DNA of 20,000 nucleotides from Deltaproteobacteria bacterium (GTDB lineage Bacteria; Myxococcota; JACRCW01): positions 44,903 through 64,902 of the forward strand of contig JACRCW010000064.1 of assembly GCA_016218805.1 (NCBI GenBank), written 5' to 3'. Below are positions 8,201-15,309 of this stretch, piece after piece. Below the pieces are notes generated by a model. That model searched no databases and was not told the DNA's origin. It worked only from the letters and a program-made list of their open reading frames with translations. Position 1 is the stretch's first letter, and every line of letters starts with the position of its first letter. The translations under genes and the position numbers were made by a program.

Positions 8201-11072
8201 GCACGTCACGCTGTTCCGCGCCGACCTCGAGTGCAGCACCGGCAAGTGCCAGGTCACCGGCAAGGCGCGGGTGGCCGGCCCGGGCGTGACGTCGTCCAAG
8301 GACGAAAGCAGGTTCTCGAGCGAGTTCTTCACGTTGGGCGCCGCCACCGAAGCCGACGTCGCGCTCTCGTTCGACGGCCGCAACGTGCTCGTCGCGATGG
8401 GCGTGCTTGGCGCCTCAGGCGGGGCAAGCCTGGAGTCCGCACACGCCCTCGCGGTGGACGAGGTGCTCCAGGCGCGCAGCCTGCCCAGCACCACCGCCGC
8501 GCCCACGGCGCTGACGGGCTCCTTCTTCCGCATCAGCGCTGCGCGCGCCACGGCCACCACGCTGTCCTTCAAGGAACTCCGCTTCTACCCGCGCGCCATC
8601 TCTCCGGTGGAGCTTGCGGGTCTGGCGCGCCGCGACTGCAACAACGCCGGGTGTTCCGCGCGCGGGATGACCTGCCATGCGGGCAGCGGGATGGCCTTGC
8701 CGTCGTGCTCGGGCTGCGAAGCGGGTGCAATCCCGGCTTCTGACGGAGCCGGGTCGTCGTGCATTTCGCGGACGCCGTTCATGGCCGCGTGCACGTCAGA
8801 CGAACAGTGTCAGACCGGGCTGTGCGTGGGGCGCCGCTGCGTGGAAGGCAGCAGGACTGAGTTCTGCACGAGCGCCTGCGCCGCGCTTGGCCGCAACTGC
8901 GAAGAGAAGAGCCACAACGCCTACGGGTGCAGCGACGACTGCAAGGAGTTCTACCGCCAGGACTTTGCCACGCCGCCCAACGAGGCGTGCTTCTGGTCGC
9001 CGGAGACCGAGAACCACGCGCTGTGCGAGACCAGCGACCAGTGCCTCTCCGGCGCGTGCATCACCGCCAGGGAGAAGACCTACTCCGTGGTGGAGACCAC
9101 CACCTGCCCGGTCCAACAGAGTGGCACCAGGGACTTCTACTGCCGCAAACCCGACGACAACTTTGACCGCTGGAAGGTGTGGGCCAGCATCAACGGCGGT
9201 GCGTTCCAGGATTGGCCGGCGTTCTGCCTGAACCTCAACAACACCAGCGACGACTTTGTGGTGCGCAACGTCTATGCGGGCCGCGAATGCCCGCCGGTCT
9301 TCACCTCCGTGAGCGGCGGTGCCAACGACGTCAAGCGCTGCGCGGAGCAGGAGGACCTCGGTTGTACGGCGCGGAACCGCAAGTCGACCGCATCCCGCAT
9401 CACGCGCCCGGGAGAGCCGGAGGAGCGGACCGTCTACACGTGCAGCGGGTGCCTCGACACCACGTTCAACGGCGTGCCGCTCTATGTGGAAGGCTTCAAG
9501 ATGATGAAGCCGGAGCTGTGCAAGACGGTGCGCGAGAAGATCGTCGACAGCTGGATTGACTACCGCGGCGGAAACAAGCGTTCCTACAGCTACCCGTCAG
9601 GCGTGGGCGCGGACGTGCTCAAGCAGCTGTTGTTGACGGGCACCGGATCGCTGACACCGGCGGAGTATTCGCAGCTGGAAAAGATGGGGTTTGGCCCCAC
9701 GGTGCTCAACTTTGACGTCTGGCCCGCGCATGACCAGTTGGACTGGTACTGGAAGTGGGGCGGCTTCCTTGACTTTGAGGAGTGCGGCGTGGAGTTGCCG
9801 CCGGCGAACCTGTCGTCCGCGGCGCGGCTCGAGAGGTTCAAGCAGAGCAAGGCGGCCTCCCCGTTCCACGACCTCGACGACAACGCGGCCATCTGCAGGC
9901 CCAACAAGTTCCCCAACGGCACGCCGTGTCCACCGCCTGGCGCCAACCTCACCAGCGGTGATTCGCCGCATTCTTTCTGTGACAGCGGCTTCTGCGCGCG
10001 TGACACCGGCGTGTGTGAGGAGGGCTACGGCCGGGTGGAGGACACCAACGGCGAGAGCCGCGCTGATGACAAGAAGGACGACGACAGCGAGTTCCCGGTC
10101 AGCTTCTCCCAGACCAACCGCACCAGCATGGAGGTGCGCACCGTGGGGACGCTGGCCAACGGGCAGACCAAGAAGCGCGAGTACACGCTGCAATCCGTCA
10201 ACGACAACACGCTCACGTTCTTCGGCTCCAGCCGGTCCATCATGCGCATTGAGGAAACCGCGGTCACCGACCCCGACGACGAAGCCAGCGAATTCGAAGG
10301 CAGAACCTTCTTCCTTGGCCTGCAGGTTCCTTCTGACGATCCCGCCGTTGCCTGTGAGGGCGCCAGCTGGAACAACGGCGAGTACCAGCCGCCGCCGCCG
10401 GGCTCTCCCCGCTGCGCACCGGCGGAGGACGGCATCACGCCCGCCATCCCCGTCGTGAAGTTGTGCCTCCCGTCGCCCGCCGGTTGCGAAGACGTGGACC
10501 CGTTCACTGACTTCGCTTCGAACACCACCGGCAAGGGGCCCATGTGCGTGAAGAAGACGTTCCTGGCCGGCCCCGTCCCCATCACGATGCAGGCGGAAGT
10601 GACCCTGGACGCGTGCATCGGCGTGGGCTTCCACATTGACGACCAGACCCAGGAGCCCGCGTTCCGCGTGGTTCCGGAACTGGGCGTCGGCGTCGACCTG
10701 CGCGGCGGCGTGGGTGGCAGCATTGGGCCGGTGGAGGTGTTTGCCGGCGCGCGCGCGGTCATCACCATCCTGGGTCTCGAGTTCCCCATCGCCTGGGGCC
10801 TGGTGATCGAGAAGAAGGACAAGGACCCGCAGCAGGAGCAGATCGAGAACCTCTACGTCGTGAAGTTCCAGAGGACCATCGGCCTGGACATCACCGTCCT
10901 GAAGCTGGCCTTGTCGCTCTTTGCCGAGGTGGGCGTCGGAATCTTCATGATCGAGTGGGACCAGATCATCTTTGAGTTCGGTGGCCTGCAATTCCACTTC
11001 GATCTCGCGTCGACCGACATCCAGAGCAAGAAGGTCGACTTCGAACATCCAACCGCCGCGTACGGCAACTGA
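2205..11072 (+). CDS. Giant secreted Cys-rich multidomain protein (~2955 aa): Cys repeats, SMB-like domain, 3 LamG-like domains, SUEL-lectin-like insert, C-terminal beta-sheet domain
   Basis: ATG 2205 follows GAGG and begins a Sec-type signal peptide MRRLLHPVSLIPVLAALQFAPLTANA|D (AxA site). LamG-type motifs: SVAMWI, GEWHHVGFTF, LYLDG, VDELFVYGRAIT; YTLMAWV, WVMLAVT, IYVDA, FQRALS; ELRFYPRAIS. The ORF-track start at 1692 overlaps the DHFR-like gene and is rejected. Confidence 0.93.
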   Translation: MRRLLHPVSLIPVLAALQFAPLTANADACAPGLAAYPEGCCNGRVWASCITNVEYALDCSSTTDPNQGCIWDTGLSAYGCGDTTVNPSVDPSLTYARACSCTIDCAGRTCGSDGCGGQCGVCTGSSYCDGTQCVCSPDCTNRWCGDDGCGGTCGDCTGGQVCYDPAIGCENCQPDCTGKQCGSDGCGGQCGLGCGGGMVCNAQGQCDVCVPDCAGKICGSDGCSTMCGNCPSQYDTCSADQTTCIACVPACSGKQCGDNGCGGTCGTCGSTEICTAAQQCVVCTPDCTGKQCGDDGCGGSCGTCTSGTCSVSGVCDSRYCRDIPALGCCDGTERLSCSYQLIDVEDCAATGGMCGLSANSFGVAGCFSAAEVTSSAPCPAPCTPNCTNKNCGDDGCNNVCGVCGAGQLCNAAQQCEACVPACSGRVCGYDFCGGSCGTCTGAGEVCTPDGQCVVEERTCANVPVGGCCEGGIYKQCDDGPMAQLRCSDFGDVCGSNWFGGFAGCWPQSQYEGPKPCACIPKCTGKECGPDGCGGVCGTCHAGQDCDENAQCVYPACPDLPDERCCTGEVLSGCSQRGALPVDCKSRNQYCGWDSDQGVYGCVDSPNLTDPAGALRNCPGAPTCTPSCTGRTCGSDGCGGSCGTCPTDRTCDFTTGTCVGETMCSSLPPGGCCYVNTEYYNIVQHLSCSSTDDYPSRQHCGLMPNPSGWGSVQGMCGWADGRVACVPKTSTAQPPSGTNIYCPTGTCIPKCDGTDQCGADGCGGVCGICPATHSCVAAADGTGGHCVAPCSPSCAGRTCGSDGCGGSCGDCNYNEECKELELGKSACVFVNRCNGLPDEGCCDGRDRVRRCHNGYPVSEECGSLVSCGWYEGGGSYVCGRTNGAADPSGVHPKTCPGGSSACVPRCGGKECGVDGCGGSCGTCTGGMECDRAGKCRTPTFTGGKYDQYTYTFSPSAGCCYDDGTMQYERYNADVYLGKQRVGQLPCYYGCGFNEQYQMYMCNEYGRPALPSVDPAGNYPRVCQAPTCTPSCAGKQCGDDGCGGSCGSCADGSRCYENQCYNLCTEPDPRSHEYYTEEGRCSYATLYFCDNGLPAELNCNQVGSLCGWNELLGAYSCGTSGEAGPAGTEPIQNPDCAFASGTCGFKRGCGINDGACPSGQSCSVQGYVEDYGLGHCVNNSETQYTSCKARCFGTRVIERFNYQCSCNEGCEVLGDPAFSVNNAVEHGICCTDYAYECQGAPSVPACGDGFCFRDAGESCASCPGDCGACPAGSDTPPWNAPYDRAPRAAAGGGVNDLALSPLDDVLPVSPPVPTDALMMYVPAPGIDLGPPGSRTNFQPGTDVIASTTGRLGQALRFFTQTGQTVTHAGDLTWLPDGALPRVVNTKTRENGGMSVAMWINVPDDIDPAALNPLWTGLPAPDAADNTERLCLWPRKYSSPRLKVACPRINGQESKITDIRMYAGGIVGLPAAPDGNCLRMSDYKQDATCQWSGAEDYARTTCLGQGSCTLKFPDNVPGCVADSPSTTMYVEAVCSANPTPPELGVSMLITPSSMGHQLALSAPGASFASTKEVTTGEWHHVGFTFQPFASEKKRAGGIATLYLDGEAVASNASVRFPRLRSSTTSGVTTTALNLFPLGMNPSRTATSSLIADVDELFVYGRAITDGEMSSLARKGTRGLRMVWPENGSAHRFRNDATSLSLVTVDAPHLLDVGAPGGSRTVRREQPALHVGNDRSLEFGKSGTHDLAGLSSYTLMAWVRQPASGTLRTLMSAGEAGTDERLKLERVDSTGACGGRALVATFSDGTVTQTDCSYGFDPDRWVMLAVTQGGGKRSIYVDAVLVAESSVSNPAALFVGTGGSPRVAFRDVDVFWAGLFQRALSQPDLAIWRGQGPLMWTDGAKYTAGGAGKVRDYALYQERGVTTQRPTLWQGNTPLASASGAGPLALDRATTQELTIPASVHFARPEGSTTDDAPRIFSYAARVVMNGDGTYPLVDRQVASGGQHVTLFRADLECSTGKCQVTGKARVAGPGVTSSKDESRFSSEFFTLGAATEADVALSFDGRNVLVAMGVLGASGGASLESAHALAVDEVLQARSLPSTTAAPTALTGSFFRISAARATATTLSFKELRFYPRAISPVELAGLARRDCNNAGCSARGMTCHAGSGMALPSCSGCEAGAIPASDGAGSSCISRTPFMAACTSDEQCQTGLCVGRRCVEGSRTEFCTSACAALGRNCEEKSHNAYGCSDDCKEFYRQDFATPPNEACFWSPETENHALCETSDQCLSGACITAREKTYSVVETTTCPVQQSGTRDFYCRKPDDNFDRWKVWASINGGAFQDWPAFCLNLNNTSDDFVVRNVYAGRECPPVFTSVSGGANDVKRCAEQEDLGCTARNRKSTASRITRPGEPEERTVYTCSGCLDTTFNGVPLYVEGFKMMKPELCKTVREKIVDSWIDYRGGNKRSYSYPSGVGADVLKQLLLTGTGSLTPAEYSQLEKMGFGPTVLNFDVWPAHDQLDWYWKWGGFLDFEECGVELPPANLSSAARLERFKQSKAASPFHDLDDNAAICRPNKFPNGTPCPPPGANLTSGDSPHSFCDSGFCARDTGVCEEGYGRVEDTNGESRADDKKDDDSEFPVSFSQTNRTSMEVRTVGTLANGQTKKREYTLQSVNDNTLTFFGSSRSIMRIEETAVTDPDDEASEFEGRTFFLGLQVPSDDPAVACEGASWNNGEYQPPPPGSPRCAPAEDGITPAIPVVKLCLPSPAGCEDVDPFTDFASNTTGKGPMCVKKTFLAGPVPITMQAEVTLDACIGVGFHIDDQTQEPAFRVVPELGVGVDLRGGVGGSIGPVEVFAGARAVITILGLEFPIAWGLVIEKKDKDPQQEQIENLYVVKFQRTIGLDITVLKLALSLFAEVGVGIFMIEWDQIIFEFGGLQFHFDLASTDIQSKKVDFEHPTAAYGN
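2505..5345 (+). repeat. Intragenic coding repeats: 14 copies of C-x-(P)-x-C-x-G-[KR]-x-C-G-x-[DN]-G-C-G-G-x-C-G-x-C interspersed with GCC modules
   Basis: Counted in the translation, e.g. CTPDCTGKQCGDDGCGGSCGTC and CVPACSGKQCGDNGCGGTCGTC. The same unit occurs 6 times in 13064-15304 and 3 times in 15310-16662. Confidence 0.9.
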
Positions 11073-11087
11073 CGCAGGAGCATGACC

Positions 11088-13064
11088 ATGCGATCCCGTT
11101 CGATCCTGACGTTGTTCGCCGCCGTTGCCGCCGTGGGCGGGCTGCTGTGGTGGACTTCCCGCACCGAGCCGGCCCCGTCCACCCGCGTTGATGCCGCGCC
11201 GCCACGTGCCGCCGCACCGGTGGATGTTGCGCTGCACGCGCCGCCCGCCGACGTGCTGCAACCCGCGGAACCCTCCAAGCCCGTGGAGCCTCCCCCCACG
11301 CTCGATGGTCGTTACGCGCTCCGCTACGCGATGACCATGTCGGGCGCCGACGCCGTGGGGAACGTGCCGCAGGCGCTCATGGTGCTCACCGGCACGCTCG
11401 TCGTCGAGCCGGCGCAGGAGGGGGAGCGGCGGTGGCTGAAAGCGTCGCTTGAGGGCGCGTCGCTGCAGCTTGATGAGGCGCTCAGGAAGGTCACCGATTT
11501 CCCAGCCGCGCCCGACGGGGAATTCAAGCAGCCCTTTGCGGTCCCGCTTGAGCGCGACGGCCGTGTCGTCGACATCCGCTTTGCACGGGACCTGAGTCTG
11601 GCCACCCGCGGCACGCTGGCGGCGGTGATGCAGGCGGCGCAGTTCGTCCGCGTGGACCCCGCCGCCGCGGAGTACGACCTGCCGGAATGGTCGGTGAATG
11701 GCACGCTGTCTTCCCACTGGCTGCGCAAGAGCGCCTCCGAGTACGTGCGCGCCTGGCGCGGCGCCGAATACGTCGACACGGCGGGGGGCCTGGACCCGGC
11801 GCCCGCGCAGTCATCGTTCGGTGAAGGGACGATCACGCTCGCCAACGGGCGCATTGAGAAGGTGGAGGCCAACGAGCGCGGGACTGCGCGCACCGGCGCC
11901 CAGGTGCAGCGACGTCCGTCCTACACAACGAGCGTTGAGCTCACGCGCATGGAGGGCAAGGCGTCGGTGGCTGCAGCGCGTCCGGACGCGCTCACGCCGC
12001 TTGTCACCAGCCAGCTCCACATCCCGCTCCCCAGGGAGCCCGCCGTTCCGTTTGAGGAGGCAATGGCCCAGGTGGAAGCGGCGGGCGACAAGCGCGCGGA
12101 ACGCGCAGTGGCCCGCAAGACCCTCATGTACACGCTCATGGCGTCACCCGCCTCCGCAACGCAGGCCGAAGCGGTGTTCCGCCGGCCGGGCACTCCCGAC
12201 GCGGTCAAGCGCACCACCGTTGAGGCGCTGGCGGGCGCCGCCACGCCGGAAGCGCAGAGCGTGCTCGCGTCGGTGATGCTGGATGACAAGGTGCTCGTCA
12301 CCGACCGCCTGTTCGTTGTCCAGGCCACCGTGGGCGTGAAGAAACCCCGCGAGCAGCTCCTGGACGACATGGCGCGCCTTGCCTACGAGCACCCCGACAA
12401 GATCTACGCAAGCCAGGTGGCCATGGCGCTGGGCGCGGAGATCGCCTGGGCCGCCGAGCACAACGTGAAGACGGCCACCGGGTACCTGGCGGGCTACCTG
12501 CAGCACGCGGCCGCGGTGTTGCAGCCGCCGAATGCGGGAGAACCCAAGCGCCTCCGTGAGCGGTCCAACTGGCTCGGCGGGCTGGGCAACCTCGCCTCGC
12601 CCAACGCGCTCCCGTTCATTGAGGCGGCGCTGTCCGACCCGGAGCAGGGCATTCGCGCGAGCGCCGCGCACGCACTGCGGTTCCAGGACCCGCGGCCGGT
12701 CCGCGAGCGCATGCAGCAGATCATGCACCAGGACCAGTCGATGACGGTGCGCCTCGGCATCCTGCATGCCGCGCGTTATATGGGCCCCGAGTCGCAGAAG
12801 ACGCTGGTGGAGCGCGCGCTCACCTACGATCCCAGCGAGAACGTCCGCACCGAAGCCGCCTACGTCATCTCGGCGTGGCTGCCGCAGGCGCCGGGACTCC
12901 GCCAGGTTCTCGCGCAAGCCCTGGAGCAGGAACGGTCGGAAAAGGTCCGCCATGTGCTGCGCAACTTCCTGGAGCCCGGCCGCATTGCGCCGCCGGGGCA
13001 GCTCATTCCAACGGTGAACGAGCTCATCCCGCCCGAATACCGCTCGACGACGGAGAACCCGTGA
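11088..13064 (+). CDS. N-terminally anchored or exported HEAT-repeat protein with a putative vitellogenin-N (LPD_N/MTP)-like beta domain, 658 aa
   Basis: The AGGAG RBS (11076-11080) is well spaced for ATG 11088. An N-terminal hydrophobic helix (ILTLFAAVAAVGGLLWW) is followed by a Pro/Ala linker, a beta-rich region with KQPFAVPLERDGRVVDIRF...AAQF...EWSVNG, then helical repeats (ALAGAATPEAQSVL, LGGLGNLASP, LSDPEQGIRASAAHAL, DQSMTVRLG, DPSENVRTEAA). Confidence 0.85.
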   Translation: MRSRSILTLFAAVAAVGGLLWWTSRTEPAPSTRVDAAPPRAAAPVDVALHAPPADVLQPAEPSKPVEPPPTLDGRYALRYAMTMSGADAVGNVPQALMVLTGTLVVEPAQEGERRWLKASLEGASLQLDEALRKVTDFPAAPDGEFKQPFAVPLERDGRVVDIRFARDLSLATRGTLAAVMQAAQFVRVDPAAAEYDLPEWSVNGTLSSHWLRKSASEYVRAWRGAEYVDTAGGLDPAPAQSSFGEGTITLANGRIEKVEANERGTARTGAQVQRRPSYTTSVELTRMEGKASVAAARPDALTPLVTSQLHIPLPREPAVPFEEAMAQVEAAGDKRAERAVARKTLMYTLMASPASATQAEAVFRRPGTPDAVKRTTVEALAGAATPEAQSVLASVMLDDKVLVTDRLFVVQATVGVKKPREQLLDDMARLAYEHPDKIYASQVAMALGAEIAWAAEHNVKTATGYLAGYLQHAAAVLQPPNAGEPKRLRERSNWLGGLGNLASPNALPFIEAALSDPEQGIRASAAHALRFQDPRPVRERMQQIMHQDQSMTVRLGILHAARYMGPESQKTLVERALTYDPSENVRTEAAYVISAWLPQAPGLRQVLAQALEQERSEKVRHVLRNFLEPGRIAPPGQLIPTVNELIPPEYRSTTENP

Positions 13065-15304
13065 TGCGGCACCTGGTTCTTTGCGTTGCCGTTGGCGCGC
13101 TCTCCCTGGCCGGCTGCCAGAAGAACGGTTCCTGCGGTGAGGGCACGGTGGAGAAGGATGGGGCGTGCGTGCCCGTGGAGGCCGCGGGAATGACCTGCGG
13201 CGCGGGCACGGCGCTGTCCGACGGTGGCTGTGTGCGCACGGGGCCGGTGACACCGTCACTGACCTGTGGCGCGGGAACCACGCTGGTCAATGGGCAGTGC
13301 GTGGCGCTTGACGCGGGCGGTTCAAGCGGACCGGCGTGCGGGCCGGGGACCGTGCTTGTTGGGACCACGTGCGTGCTCAGCGACGGCGGGAGCACCGACG
13401 CCGCCGTCTGCGTGCCCCAATGCCTGGGCCGGGAGTGCGGTGACAACGGCTGCGGCGGCACGTGCGGTTCATGCACGGATTCGGCGAAGCCGAGCTGTGA
13501 CCAGCAGACCGGCCGGTGCGGCGCCGTGTGCGTGCCGCAGTGCGCCGGTCGCAGCTGCGGTGACAACGGGTGCGGCGGAACCTGCGGCACCTGTGGTTCG
13601 GAGACGACCTGCTCGGCCACGCTTGCGCGCTGCATCCCTGACGCCTGGACGTGCAGCCCCAGCTACTTCGGCGGTGGCGACGTCTGCGATTGCGATTGCG
13701 GGGCCCGCGACACCGATTGCGACCTGGGCCGGCCGCTCGCGGGGTGCGAAGAGGGAGAAATCTGCAACAGCCTGGGCGCCTGCGTGCCGGCCGCGCCGTC
13801 GTCGTGGACGTGCTCCACGCTGGCGTACAACGCCCATGACGCGTGCGACTGCGGATGCGGCGCGTATGACCCGGACTGCGACTTCATCAGCGTCTTTGGC
13901 ATCAACGGCTGCGGTGAGGGCGTGACCACGTGCAACAGTGATGGGACCTGCGGGACCTGCACGCCGGACTGCGCGAACAAGGTATGCGGCAACAACGGGT
14001 GCGGCGGGTCGTGCGGCCAGTGTGACGTCGGGAACGACCAGGTCTGCCACGCGGGAGCCTGCGTGGGACGGTGCACGCCCACGCCCGCGGCATGCCTGGA
14101 TGCCGCGTGCGGTGACGACGGTTGCGGTGGCGTGTGCGGCACCTGCTCAACCGGCACCAGCTGCAACGCCGGCGCGTGCCGGACCGATCCCGTGGCGCAG
14201 ACGCCGTTCTCATGCGCGGGACGCTGCGGGAGCCAGGCGCCATCCGGCTGTTACTGCGACGCCACCTGCGCGGCGCACAACAACTGCTGCGCCGACTACG
14301 CCACGACGTGCCAGTGCACGCCGGACTGCACAGGCAAGACGTGCGGCAGCGACGGATGCGGCGGCGACTGCGGGACGTGCACGGGGACCACGCCCTATTG
14401 CACCGACGCCGGCCAGTGCACGAGCCAATGCACCCGGAGATGCGACGGCCGCCAGTGCGGCAGCGACGGATGCGGGGGAACGTGCGGCACCTGCGCGACG
14501 GATGAGAGCTGCTACTGGACCTACCAGTGCGTTCCGTCCAACTGGACGTGCGACGGCGTGCTGTTCGGCGACCAGCAGGGGTGTGACTGCGGCTGCGGCG
14601 CCATCGACCCTGACTGCTCGGTGTCAGACGCGTACGTGTACGGCTGTCCCCTGGAGCACCGCGTCTGCGGCGGCGCCGGGATGTGCAGCATCTCCTTCTG
14701 CCACCGCAACGGCGAGTGCGGTTCGCAGTGGTGCACCGGCGCCTACGCGGAGGGGAACCAGCGCTTTGGCGGCTACTGCGCAGATCCCATCATCACGGGA
14801 CATCCACCCGGAACCGCGTGCACGCTGGACGAGCAATGCGCGTCCCTGTTGTGCGCGGGTGGCCAGTGCCGCACGCACTGCCAGGCCGATTCGGACTGCG
14901 ACGGTGCAACCCGGTGCGTGGCGCTGCCGGTGCGCGACGTCGGAACGCGGCTCATCCAGGGCTACGTGGGCGCGTGCGACCTCGTCGCCGGGTCCGGGGC
15001 GGCCTGCACCAGCCAGGCGGCGTGCGGCAGCATCGAGCGGTGCATCGTCGTGATGGACCCATCGACCACGCAGCCGCGGTATCTGTGCGCATCGCTGTTG
15101 GAACTGGACGCCGTGGGCCGCGCCTGCGACCTGGACGCATGTCCGGCGGGGTATCGCTGCGAGGACGGCGGCGCCGGTCGCATCTGCACGCGGCCGTGCC
15201 CCGCCGGAGTGGGCGATTGTCCGTCGGGCTACCAGTGCGTTGACCGTCCGCTCGCTCCCCTCCTTCCAACCAGCGCCATGGTGCCGCTGTGCCTGCCGGG
15301 GTGA
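13064..15304 (+). CDS. Cys-rich lipoprotein (746 aa) with 4 CGxGT repeats, 6 CGxDGCGG repeats, 3 WxC...CDCxCGxxDxDC modules and a somatomedin-B-like domain
   Basis: ATG overlaps the upstream TGA (TGATG), with a GGAG RBS at 13052. Signal peptide II MRHLVLCVAVGALSLAG|C (lipobox LAGC, Cys18). SMB pattern SCAGRCG..CYCDATC..NNCCADYATTC at 14210-14311. Confidence 0.9.
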   Translation: MRHLVLCVAVGALSLAGCQKNGSCGEGTVEKDGACVPVEAAGMTCGAGTALSDGGCVRTGPVTPSLTCGAGTTLVNGQCVALDAGGSSGPACGPGTVLVGTTCVLSDGGSTDAAVCVPQCLGRECGDNGCGGTCGSCTDSAKPSCDQQTGRCGAVCVPQCAGRSCGDNGCGGTCGTCGSETTCSATLARCIPDAWTCSPSYFGGGDVCDCDCGARDTDCDLGRPLAGCEEGEICNSLGACVPAAPSSWTCSTLAYNAHDACDCGCGAYDPDCDFISVFGINGCGEGVTTCNSDGTCGTCTPDCANKVCGNNGCGGSCGQCDVGNDQVCHAGACVGRCTPTPAACLDAACGDDGCGGVCGTCSTGTSCNAGACRTDPVAQTPFSCAGRCGSQAPSGCYCDATCAAHNNCCADYATTCQCTPDCTGKTCGSDGCGGDCGTCTGTTPYCTDAGQCTSQCTRRCDGRQCGSDGCGGTCGTCATDESCYWTYQCVPSNWTCDGVLFGDQQGCDCGCGAIDPDCSVSDAYVYGCPLEHRVCGGAGMCSISFCHRNGECGSQWCTGAYAEGNQRFGGYCADPIITGHPPGTACTLDEQCASLLCAGGQCRTHCQADSDCDGATRCVALPVRDVGTRLIQGYVGACDLVAGSGAACTSQAACGSIERCIVVMDPSTTQPRYLCASLLELDAVGRACDLDACPAGYRCEDGGAGRICTRPCPAGVGDCPSGYQCVDRPLAPLLPTSAMVPLCLPG

Positions 15305-15309
15305 CCACC

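Noticed and set aside
5355..8204. 949-aa minus-strand ORF (also 9597-11717)
   Set aside because: These are antisense shadows of a high-GC3 gene with no recognisable motifs.
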